A stretch of DNA of 64,000 nt from the NCBI RefSeq assembly GCF_000143415.4, contig NW_003314271.1, positions 744,001 to 808,000 of the forward strand, in the 5' to 3' direction. The stretch comes from Selaginella moellendorffii (taxonomy: Eukaryota; Plantae; Lycopodiophyta). Each line of letters begins with the position of its first letter. Within the stretch, counting starts at the first letter, position 1. Under the pieces are notes generated by a model that saw nothing but the letters and a program-made list of their open reading frames with translations, was not told the origin of the DNA and made no database searches. This document shows positions 49,804-61,530 of this stretch, piece by piece. Made by a program: the position numbers and the translations under genes.

Positions 49804-50550
49804 ATGTGGCAAATGCTACATGAAGAAAGATGCCCTTTCTGGGAAAATGCTGTAAGAGGCAAATGCCGAACAGATGTATCTCAGGCTAGCGAAGGGGACA
49901 AACGAAAGCTAGCTATAAACATGACGGGATGCAAATAGATTACTAGGCTGGTCCTGCGAAAATCAAAACCATAATTGAAAACATTGAAAATGCAAAAAGA
50001 AAGGTTTATAATATTTTTGAATTTTAAGCAACCAAAGGAATGTAAGTAGGGCATGTGTTTGTAAGTTTAAAAATGCCTCGACTAGCATTATTCTTTGAAT
50101 GGCGTGTGGCCTTATATTGCCATAAATGGACGTACACACACAGCATAATTATTCCTTTACACGGTGAATAATCTTGGCGCGGATCGCTGACACGGCATGG
50201 CAAAGTTCGAATCACTAACATGGCACAGCTGGATCGAGGCAAGGACATGATGTGACAAAGTTCAACCTCCGACAGCAAAGTCTAGAAGCTACTCAGTTTG
50301 AAATTTGTCAGAGGAATCATAAGATCTAGTTTGTCAGAGGATTTGATGTGACGTTCAAGCGTGTGTTATTTTTGAATTCTCGAACTCATTCCTAGGTCTA
50401 TCATTTTTGTGCGCCGTGTTCTTGGTTCCGCTGAGCGCAGTGAGCGCTGCTTGTGTAAGCGGCGTTGTGAGCTGTGGTTTATGCGTCTACAAGCGGTTGC
50501 GGCATTGCGAGCGCCATTGCGAGCGGCAGTTTATGCGAGTGGTAGTTTGT

Positions 50551-50620
50551 GCGAGCGGCGCTACTAGCAGTTGCGGTGTTGCGAGCGGCGCTATGAGTAG
50601 TTGCGGTGTTGCGAGCGGCA
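50551..50620 (+). repeat. 30-bp tandem repeat (about 2.3 copies) upstream of the transposase
   Basis: gcgagcggcgctactagcagttgcggtgtt / gcgagcggcgctatgagtagttgcggtgtt / gcgagcggca. Confidence 0.8.
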
Positions 50621-50812
50621 CTGTCTTTGGTGTGGCTACCGCTTCCTCTTGATATTCGGCACTTGTGCTTTCTGGTATGTTCACCATGGAATGGCTTAGG
50701 ACCACATTTAGAAATGGCATGAGGCCACATGCCATCTTGGGCCCTTGCAATTTCATAGCTAGCGTATTGTCATGTATGTTTTTACTTGCCTGCAGCTATG
50801 TGTATATCAAGA

Positions 50813-50832
50813 TGGCATGAGGCCTCATGCCA
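50813..50832. repeat. Perfect 20-bp palindrome, best copy of the element-wide motif
   Basis: TGGCATGAGGCCTCATGCCA; about 20 degenerate copies lie between 41341 and 55454. Confidence 0.9.
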
Positions 50833-50985
50833 ATTTTGTAAATGCGAAATTTCACGTGGGTGTCAATAGCATGTTTGAATAATGGCATGTGGCCTCATGC
50901 TATTGAGGTTGTTTGGTATGTTATGATTTAGGCCATTCTCCAATCATTTTTTGTATGGTCTTAACTTCTTTTCTGCACTTTCAGA

Positions 50986-53900
50986 ATGGCCTTCAGGGTT
51001 GGGGAAAAGGTTTACATTTTGAATGGTGGGAAGAGAGTTGCAAAAGGGACCCTTGTGTCTATGGATCGGAACTTTGTTATACACTATCAAAGGCTTGGGG
51101 AAGGCAATGTTGCTGTATCAGTAGAGACTGTCTTCGATGGGAATGTGGTCGCTATTGAACGAGGAGAGATGGTCGTCGGGGTAAATGTTGTTGTTGCCTT
51201 GAAAAATCTTCAGAAGAAAGCAGATGTTGGGGACAGCGCAAGTGCGACGCATGTTCCCTCTATGGATCTTAAGAACCATGCTACATGGATTCAGGCAAAG
51301 GTGTTTCTAAACAACCCCGAGGGGGAGGTGGTAGCTGAGGGCTTAGCCACAGTTGTCGATCCAAGAGATGCGGTTGTTAATCAAGAATTGGGCTGGGATG
51401 ATATTGTGATTTTAGAGGTTGTTGACACGAAAGAAAACAATCTGACTATTGGAAGCATTGTGCGGTGGAAATTGAGGCACTTAGTGTTTGAGAATGTGAA
51501 GGATTCACAATCAAACACCACTACAACTGATGACAGAACATCTCTTCATGGGAAAAGAAAGCACACCTTCCTAAAGCGCAGCCAAAGGGATCTGAGCAAC
51601 GAACCGAAAAGGCAGAAAATGGCGATGGAGGTTCGAATGGTCTCGACAGTTGCTTGTTGCAAGAGGAGGTGCTGTCAACATGCTGATTGGGATGCTATTG
51701 AAGAGGAGAGAGCAAGATACAAGACATTGTCCTGGAAGGAAGCTCGCAATTTTGTGTATGAGGCATTACGGTCATCTGTTGATGCTTCAAAACATCAGGT
51801 GGGGGGCATGGTCTTCCAGAGGGGTTTGGTCTGCATGAAGGCATGGAGAATCATTTATGGAGTCCCTCGAACCACATTCTACAGAATCAAAACTGAGTTC
51901 GAGGAACAAAGGGTTCAACAGGCAGTCCATGGGAACGACAGTACGCACAAAACCAGGGGTCATGTTGTATATGGAGAGGCAATCTTCAAAAGGTTTGTCG
52001 AGACATGTAGCGAGCAGCAACCACATAAAACCCGCCTCTTGGAAGATGGAACACAAGACACCCAACGAGTTCTCCCTTCCATGTATACCAAGGGGGCCAT
52101 ATTGGAAGATGTGAATCGGGAACTCCAGAGTAATGGCTACAAGAAGCTGAGCCAATCTAGATTTAGTAGATTGTGGAGCAACAGGTTCAGGGATGTGAGT
52201 ATAGGAAAGTACTGCAGCTTTTCAAAGTGTGACGAGTGCACTGCTATCAAAATGGCTTTGTCGAAGAATTCTTGCAGCGCTCAAGAGCAAGAGACATTGG
52301 TTAGAAGGCGGCTCGACCACAACATCGAGTAGAGAAGCTGCAGGACTGCATATTATCATAACAGGATTCTCTCCATGGAGAGACCTGACTCTTACCTCTG
52401 CATCATTCACGACAAAATGGACCAGAAAAAGACGTGCTTACCTCGACTCAATCCTGCCCCCAAGGCAATCTCTTCATCCATGCAGCTGCCTGTGTCTCTG
52501 TTTGGCATAATCTCTCATGGGCATGGTGCCCAGAACTATGGGAACTTCTTTGTACCTCTATGGGGTGGTAGGAGTGCAAACATGATGATTGCATCCCTAG
52601 CAAAACACTTAAGGTCTCTGCAAAGTGCGCAGATTGAGCTGAACGGCCAACCCTTGCATAAGGCCCTTGTCGATCGAACCCCATACAGGGTTCAGCTGGA
52701 GGAGGAGCAAAGGCTTGCAGTATCGCGTAGGGCCCCATGCCATCCCAGTGAATATGTTGGCCGTCAGATTGTAGGGTTATCATGTGAGGCCTCATGCCAT
52801 TCCGATGAGGCTAGTCGCCCGGTGAATGCACAGCCTCATCCAAACGAAGCAGAATCTCAAGGAAGTTCTTGCGGCCGATGTGGCCTTCCACCCTATCTTC
52901 TGCTCCAAACAGACAATGCTGGCAGTGAGAACAAAAACATGTACGTCTTCGCGTACTTGGCGATGCTTGTTGCCAAAGGCATATTTGAAACGGTTACACT
53001 TGGCTTTCTCATGGTTGGGCACACTCATGAAGACGTCGATGCCATGTTCAGTCACCTGGCAGAGTCCCTCCGGCGATCCAATGTCCTCACCCTCCCACAA
53101 CTCTACGATGAATTCCAAAATTACATCAAAGGCATTGTTAAAGCTGCACTTGTGACAGAGGTTCCAGACTTTAAGGGGTTTGTAAGAGGCTATATCAGGG
53201 ACGGATCCGAAACTCTGATTGGCCACTCCAAGCCTCTTCAGTTTCATTTCAGCATGCGTGACGGTGCTCCAGTGATGAGGTACAAGATGAGAGAATGGGA
53301 CACAGTGTGGCTGCTAGTGGACGGCATTGAACTCTTCAAGAGAGATCCCATAACTGGGGAACCTATGATTCCTCAGGGTTCCCCATGGCCGATGCACCCG
53401 GATGGACTTAAAGACCAGGAAAGTATAGTGGCCGGGATTAGACAGCATATTGCCTTCTGGAAGAGGGGGTTGGTGTTTGGTGGAGAATCCTATTTTAAGA
53501 GGTGCAAGCCTTTGCTCGAATACTGGGAGAAGATTATATCTGCTATCCAAAATAGGTCGGTTGTATATGAAGAATTGGAAGAGTCCTTTTGGCCAGAACC
53601 CAGAGCACCAGATAGTAGCGGAACAATGTCCTCTGGAAATGCAGTGACAGATAACGATGTTGAGGATCACTATTGTGGGCCGAGGAACAAGAAGCCGGAT
53701 TCAGCATTCAATCCAATACAGGTTTGCAAAGGAATGGTCGTGCTTGTTAGACCCAGTAATAAAAAACAAATGATATGGGTGGGGCGCTGCATCACTGATG
53801 CAGAGGAGGACGCGGAAACTAACTCCTTCAATGTAACTGTGGAGTGGTTCAAGCCAAGTTCCGGATATACGAAGGATTGCCTAGAAAAGAGATGGGTGCT

Positions 53901-54048
53901 GAATCCAAGGGATCCCAGCATGAGCGTATCGGTGGATAATGTTGTGCATGGTTGGATGTGGAAGCAGAGTGCCACCATCACCTTGCCAGACCATGCAAGA
54001 GATGCAGCAAGAGCATTCATAACCCGGGTTCAAGGTGAGATTCATTAA
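50986..54048 (+). pseudogene. Sola-like DDD transposase (~1020 codons) with a single in-frame TAG at 52330-52332
   Basis: ORFs 50986-52332 and 52375-54048 share one frame. Core motifs CIIHDKMDQKK..LP, LLLQTDNAGSENKN, FLMVGHTHEDVDAMFS; Cys motifs CCKRRCC and FSKCDECT. A last micro-exon ending at 54121 is possible. Confidence 0.8.
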
Positions 54049-55999
54049 TATTCCTTTACTAAGTTTCTAATGTATTTTATTTCAAGGTGAACAATCCGAA
54101 TCTGAATCAGAGGAGGCGTGATGGCATGTGGCCTTACACCATTCCTAGGTGAGATGATACAAATAACAAGTATAAATTCTTAGTTGTTCTAGCAAATCTT
54201 ACTTAAAGTTCAAGGTGAACAAGCCGAATATGAATTCATCGGATTGTTATAACAAATTGCAAGGTGATGGCATGAGGCGATACGCCATTTGAGAGTGGTA
54301 GCCATTCCTATATGAGGTGAGTGAAATATTTATTAGAAATACCTTATTCAATTGTGCACTTCTAAGTCTTGGTCCACTCAGTACTGTTTGCATGTTTCTA
54401 TTTTAATTCTTTCTCTAAAATGTTATTTAGCATGTGGCTTCATGCCATTGCTCTCCACAATCATGTATTGAATTTTTCTATCCTTGCATAATACTTCTCC
54501 ATATATATAGCATGTGCGCACATGTGATATGGTTCATTAGGCCTGATATAGTGTGTGAGGTAAAACAAAGATGATGTGACATATGCATTTACCAATCACA
54601 CGTACATAAATCTAATAATATGGCGTGTGGCCCATATTAATGGCACATAAACCCATATTGTGGGCTTACGTGCTTTATGTACCATCATTCCCTTGCAGTG
54701 TGTGTGTTGGTTTCCTTTTATAACACAACGAACTCCATATTTTAGGGTGAAGAGCGTTCTCATGGCAAGCACAAAATCTGTAAGTGAGGTAGAAAAGGAG
54801 ACGGAGAAGGAGATAGGTGAAGATGTAGAATATATAAGTCTTCTAAACTCCCCGTACTATACTCCAGGTGATCATTTTTCTGAACAAACGGCAACATTAA
54901 CAACTATCGAGAACGCCCCAGTAACGTCAGAGACAACAATCCAAAGCAAAACAACTGACCCGGAGAAGGATGATAGTACCGCTGAGAGTACCAAAAAGGA
55001 GGTGTCCACTAGCGCTTAGGCTTATAATGGCGTGTGCCCTCATGCCATTTACTTGATCACCAAATACCTTTTTCCCTTTGCACTAGTATATCTTAATACT
55101 GGTCTGAGAAATAGAATGGCATGTGCCCTCAGGCCTTTTACTAAATCACCTTTGAAAGAAATGCAAGACTCTATGTCGTAAAAAAAAGGTACTAGAGAAA
55201 TTCCTTAATAATATGAATGTTATTTAGTTTCATGAAAATACACTAAGGGTCAAATGAGTTAAATGACTTCTCCAGACTAGCAATGCCTCTTGCTACACCT
55301 TCACAATTAGATTCGTTAGAAAAAGATAACATTGAATAATATCTAAATGTTCTCACCATTAAGTTATATGTCTGGCTAATAGGAATGACGTTCATCTTGG
55401 AAAGCTCACCACACGCTCAATGAACAAACAAATAGTGTGTGTGCGCATGCCATCGCTCTTCTTTAGCTTCAGATTCGGCTTGTTCACCTTGACAATGAGA
55501 TTTATTATACAACCAGATGGACTCAGTCTTGACACAAAGTCACCACACTAGTCACCATGCCCCAGATATGTCTAGCCCCTGGACAAAAAACATATAATTT
55601 CACGTCATTTTCAAATACTTGAAAATTTGTACCTAGTCCCATTTTACTGAATAAATCCCACTTTAACGAAATAGAGCTTCCACGAGGATATAGAAGGACA
55701 ATAAGGTTGTCTAAACTTTTGTAGATGCTGTTCACAGTGCTATTAGGGCTATTTATGGTCATTAATTGACACTTCAAAGAGTATTTTGTGAAAGAATTGA
55801 AGACTTTATTGAAGGATTGCATAAAGAATATATTGTAGAAGTCTATTAAGTCCTAAAGCCAAAGGTAGGTTGGCCAAAGCAAATTAATTTGAAGGTTGAG
55901 AGCCAGAGTGGAACTCAAAAAGAAGCACTTAAGGAATGAGTATGAAGTGATTGATAAATAAATCTCTAGAAAGGAATAAAAGCATGACTGATACATATC

Positions 56000-58900
56000 A
56001 AATGTTGTGACACATAGAAGTGTTGAGGTTGAGTGCGAGTTGAGTCTGATACCAAGACTAAGATTGAGTTTGATGCTTAGTTTGAGTCCAAGATCGAATC
56101 TGAGACCAAGTCCGAAACCGAGTTTGAAACCGAGTGCAAGACCAAATCCGAGTTTGAGTTCAATATGTAAAAGCCCAAAGCAATCATTTTCTAGACCTTT
56201 AAGGGTTTAGTAAATCTTTATGGAATAGTAAGAGGAGGATTTTAGGGGAATTAGTGTAACTAAAAAAACTTATACTCCTATAGTGGATAATGATATGAAT
56301 ACAAGGGAGTCCAAAGTTAGAATAAACATGGATGAACAAGTGGGGTGACTTAATAAAGTGTTTAAAAACCAACTCTAATTTCTCTAAAAGATTGGGTGGT
56401 TAATATTCCCAATCCTAGCACTACCTATTTAGATACTTTAAGTGGCTTATTAAAACCTTGCTTGAGTTATATAGCTAAGGTACTCTAGTGGTTAAAAGTA
56501 GGAAAAGTACTCATAAAGTTTATTATTGCAAATGTGACTATGGAGATTGAAAGTTATCAGTCGGTGAGTCATTTCGGATATTCTTTCCTTACTACCACGA
56601 TAGTAAGAGGTTGGTATTATTGGGCGCTTTATTAGTCCCTTTTGTTCAAGTGTTAGTAAACTTGACTTAACATCAGTATTTAGTTGGACGAGTATAAAGA
56701 ATGAATTCCTAAATGTCTATTTAACCAAATATACTTGGCCTAGTTTGTTAGTTCTCTTTTATTTTATCTTTCACTAACTTGACAAGAACCCCCACAATAT
56801 TGAGTTTGGTCCCTCAATACTCACTAAACGATAGCTTACCATATCTGCTAAACACCTTTACTATCATGCCTTATGTGTTGGTCATATTCAATCCCATTAG
56901 TTATTTATGGAAAGTGTCTAAATCTGTGAGTTAGATATATCTATGGAATGTAGAGTTTGTCCTGAATATAATGGTGTTATTTCCGCATCCAAATTCATAA
57001 TCTAACACCATTCCATATAGTAAATTCTTGTGATTATCTCAGAGACTAACTCTTGGGATTGGGGTGAAAGCCCAAAGCATGCATTCCTATGGGGGGGATG
57101 AACTATAAAGGGTTCCAAATGTATAATAGAGATAGTAAGTAGGCCAAGCATACCTAACCAATTTGAGGCATAATTTAGCTTTTGCTTGTGTGTTTGTCTT
57201 TATTCTGCATTTGGCTTGGGTTTAAGCCTAGGCTCCATACTATGTTAGCTGATGAAGTATCTATATCCTCTTATTAGTCTACAAGAATACTAAAATAACA
57301 TTAAACTCTATTTAACTCCATTTTGCGAGTTAGTCTTAGCATTAGGATGCTAAATGCTCTAGGATTATTCTTATGTTGCTCCATGCTCATGTCCCTTTGC
57401 TCCTTGAGCCATACACTAGAGAATTGTTCCATGCTTTGCTTCCTTTTCTCCTTGGCTCCATACTTACTTCATTCAATGGCTCAAGGTCTTGAAACTTGAG
57501 TTTTACTCTGCTATCATTAGACACATAGCATGTGGTATATGGCATATAGAGTGTTTAAGTTCTACTTCGTGGTTATCCTATAATAAACCACTATAGGATA
57601 AAAAGTGAAAACCACATACACTACACTTATATTTGGCCTACCATCCTAATTTTTTTGATTATGGAAATAAAGAAAATTTGATCTTTATGGTGAAGTATAA
57701 TTATATAGTGAGGAAGTTCCAAAGGTTAGTAGGATATACTTTCAAACCCAAGCACTTTAATCAAGTGTGAAGTCAACATGGTTTTGAAATCAACTCTGAG
57801 GGTTATTAAGTGCCTTAAATTGGGATATTTGAAGGTTGTAAGTGAAACTCCTCCAAATGGTTAAAGATGTGGTTATGTGATTAAAGTAAAATGGAAAATT
57901 TGAATTATATGTATAAGCTATGACTCAAGTAATTGACTTTGAGACAAAAATTCCTAAGGCGATCAAGGCAATAAAATCAACAAACAAAAAGAAGATTGTA
58001 GGGATGTTTTTTCAAAAAAATTTGCATGGAGGCAATATGTATTACAACATGTGATATTAGCTTAAAGGTGGGTCAAATGAACATTCAATCCATAAGAAAT
58101 ATGAGAAATGCCTACATTAAAGTCTTTATAATAACATTAAAGTAAGAGAACTTAGTATTTGTCTAGTAAGCCCAACACTAGACAATGAAAGTTCTCCTAG
58201 GGAAGCAACCTGACCGAAAGAACTTGGAATGGGGCCATATATACCTCTGTTGAAAGAAAGATCTAATTTTTAGAGGTTATTTTAGGAACTTGGTTGTTAC
58301 GAATGTGATTGCAAGTATTAAAATTTATTTGTCAGTGAGTTCTTTTAAATATTCTTTCTTTATTGCCACGATGGCAGAAGGTCAATATCATTGGTTTCCT
58401 TTATTAATTGAGAAACTAATCATTATATATATACTTATCCTAGATAAATATAAGGTAGAAACTCTTATGTGTTTTGTGTTGAGCATAATTAGCCCGGGTT
58501 GAGAAACTCATATATTAACTTGCACTTGCTAATGTTGGGAACCCCCATGAGATTGAGTTTGGTCCCTTAATATTAGCTAAGTGATAGCTTACTATGTCTA
58601 TTTAGTCTATTTAGTAAGTTTTTGTAATTATCTCAAAGACTAACTCTTGAGACTAGGATGAAAGCCCAAAGCGTGCATTCCTCTAATAAGGGGGGATATA
58701 AGGGGCATACAAAGTATAGTTAGGTTGAGGGCATGTCTAACTAACTTAAGATATATTCTACCTCCCATTTATGTACTTGTCTTTATTCTATATTTGGCTT
58801 GGGTATAAGTTTCATACCATGCTAATTGGTGCTATATCCATTTCCTCACATTATGCCATTAGTATGCTAAAATAAAACCTCCATTTGACTTCATTTTATA

Positions 58901-61530
58901 TGCTAATCCTACTATTGGGATATTAGAAGCTTTAGGATTGCTCTAACATCACTTTGTGCTTGTCCCTTCACCCCTTAGAGTTGTATGCTCAAGAGCCATT
59001 CTATACTCCTATCCTTTTGCTCCTTAGGCTATATACTTGAGAGTTGTTCTATGCTTTAGCTTTTGTGAGACATAAATCCAAGAGCCCCAAAAGTGGAGCC
59101 AAAAGGGTGTTACGTGGTAGTGGCCGAAGTGAAAGCCAAACAAGTGTAACACATTTAGACTAAAAGCTCCAATGTGTTGAGATGGACCCAAGATAGAGGC
59201 CGAGATGGACTTGAGATTGAGTCCGAGATGGAGTCTAAGATGGACTTGAGATTGAGTCTGAGATGGAGTCCAAGATGGACCCGAGATGGAGTTCGAGATG
59301 GACCCGAGATGGAATCCAAGATGGAGTCTGAGATGGACCCAAAATAGACCCGAGATGGAGTCCGAGATGGAGTTTGAGATGGACCTGAGATGGAGTCTGA
59401 GATAGAGCTGAGATGGAGTCTGAGATGAAGGCCAAGATGGAACTGAGACCGAGACTAAGACTGAGTCCGAGTCCGAGTTCGAGTCCAAGTTCGAATACTA
59501 ATACAGGTTGTTGGGTGAAAGCCCAAAGCAATCGTCCCCTGCTGTAGGGGGTTCCAAAAGTATAGTAGGGAGAGTGTAGGGGTTAGACCCAAGTGGAGTC
59601 AGTTTGGCTGGGAAAGGCCAATGTGACCTAGGAAGGTTATACCCACGTGTTGGGTGATGATATATCCATTAAAGAATCCAAAGCTAGAGTGAATGCAGAT
59701 AGACAAGTGGGGTAGCTTAGTGAAGTGCTCAAGAGCTAACTCTAGTTCCCTTGGGAAATTGAATGGTTAATGCTCCCAATCTAAGTGTGGGTGGCACTAC
59801 CTACTTGGATACCTAGCGTGGCTCAATGGAACCTTGCTCTAGCCTCATGGTTAGAGCACTCAAAGGTGGAGGGAGAGTACTTATGAGGCTCGTGTAGGGC
59901 CATTGTGTTTTGAAATGTTATCCCAAAGTCCCAAACTGTGGAAAGGAAGAAAAGTAGTCCTCTGGTGTAGTGACCAAAGATGCAGTCATAGAGTGAGGAA
60001 GTCCCAGAGAACAGTGGGACTTAATGGTTGAGCCTGTGGGCCTTAATCTAGTGGCAGTGTTGGTGAATACAACCATGGACAGAAAAGGACTTGGTGTGGA
60101 CCGAAAAAGGGATATTGGGGTTATTCCCCATATCTGTGGGCATCTTAAGAATGCTAAGGAGTGGATCTAGGATGATCACTCATGAACAGATAGCCCAGTC
60201 TTTGAGAAATGGGATTTTGATGTAAATGGTGTTGGATCATCGATATGACAAAGGTGAATGGGTATGGCCTTAGCATAACGGGTTGATAGGTCAGTGGTAC
60301 CTTTGGGTGTCAATCATAAGATTGGACATATGGAACACTTAGACCAAGTGCAAAAGTTGAGTGGCATGGATGTTATTCTCGGGGTTAGTAAGCCCTAAGT
60401 TCAAAATAGGACTTATGAAGGTTGTGAGTGAGACTCCTCCAAGTGGCCGGAGGTGTGGTTAAGTGACTAAAGTAAAGTGGAAAATTTAATCACTTACAAT
60501 TTAATATTGGAGCTATTCCTTAGTCTAACTTTTATTGGTGGTCAAGTATATCCACTTGTCTTGGCATTGGAAGTTCCCAAAAGTTGGCCTACCCTCGAGG
60601 AGTAGCATGTTGAAAAGGCATGACTCTTCACCTTAATTCATAAGTGAACATATGTGCAATGTAGTAGGTAGAAAAGGGGCCAATTTAGGAATAACTTTAG
60701 GATCTTGAGAATAATATAAGGTTTTCCTCAAAAAGTTGAAGATGTGATCTAAATAAGCATTTGACTTAGCAAACTAGCTAATGTAGTTGTGGTAAACAAC
60801 TATAATTGGGATCACAGGAAAGATAAAGACTCCAAAATAATAAAGGAGTCACAAGATTATTCTCATATAGTTGACATTAGTGCTCATGATATTGAGACCA
60901 AAATTAATGACCATGGGAGGTTAAATATGGATAAGGACACAAATCCTTGAAAGGGTAGCCAAAGCTACCTTTTATAAATCTTGGAACAACTCAAGGAGTT
61001 GGGGGTGTACTTAGAGGATGAGTCGGTATTCTCATCATATGGACAGATAGTCTTAAAAAACAAAGTAGCCTATATAGAACAAAAAATAATTAAGTGTTAG
61101 AGTAACACTTGCAAAAATGGTCATTATGAGTAGGACATGAATACAAGAAGTTGTATTCTAATGAGCTAGCACCTCAAAAAGGAAAACTTACGGATTATCA
61201 AATTAGCAAAGTCCAAAAAGTTGGATGACTGAAGTGGAGTCAAGAAATGGTCCTAAGGGATTGGTAGAAACATTTGGACTAAGGTGTGTTGTGCCTCACG
61301 AAGGATGGAGAGGATCATAAAATCCAAGCATGAGAATAGTGGGTATCTCATTAATGGTAGAATGTGCCATATTAAAGTCATGAGAAAGGTGTTCCCAAAA
61401 GATGGCAACTTTGGCACAAAGCTGTGTGTGAATACTATAGTGCAATGCTAACGAATAGTTGGTATTAGAAACAATTGTATTGGTCTTGGCAAATATCTAA
61501 AACACAAGTAGGAAGTGTTATAAATGTAGG
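56000..61530 (+). mobile_element. Nested, highly decayed LTR-retrotransposon remnants related to the LTR at 61531
   Basis: Hexamer-based GAGTCC/GAGATG tracts (56030-56165, 59180-59495) followed by the shared motif tgaaagcccaaagc. Diverged direct repeats at ~56785-57460 and ~58535-59070. Confidence 0.6.

Larger units (their letters stand above)
41245..55679. mobile_element. 14,435-bp TIR DNA transposon (Sola-like DDD transposase) carrying a multidomain accessory gene
   Basis: 24-bp perfect TIRs AAGCTCTATTTCGTTAAAGTGGGA at 41245-41268 and 55656-55679; TSD CCAC at 41241-41244 and 55680-55683; two divergent genes; dispersed palindromes. Confidence 0.92.

Noticed and set aside
50700-50905. Clustered palindromes resembling a CRISPR array
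   Set aside because: Spacing is irregular, copies are degenerate and spread over 14 kb, there are no cas genes, and the context is eukaryotic.
54660-55019. Short acidic ORF near the right end of the large element as a third gene
   Set aside because: Low complexity with no motif; cannot be supported without transcripts or conservation among copies.
41245-55679. Assignment to CACTA, MULE or hAT
   Set aside because: Termini are AAGCT, not CACTA, and the 4-bp TSD does not fit 3, 8 or 9-11 bp.
59024-59531. Repetitive ORFs (LHLG/SIS repeats), also at 61582-61884
   Set aside because: Translations of the LTR hexamer arrays.
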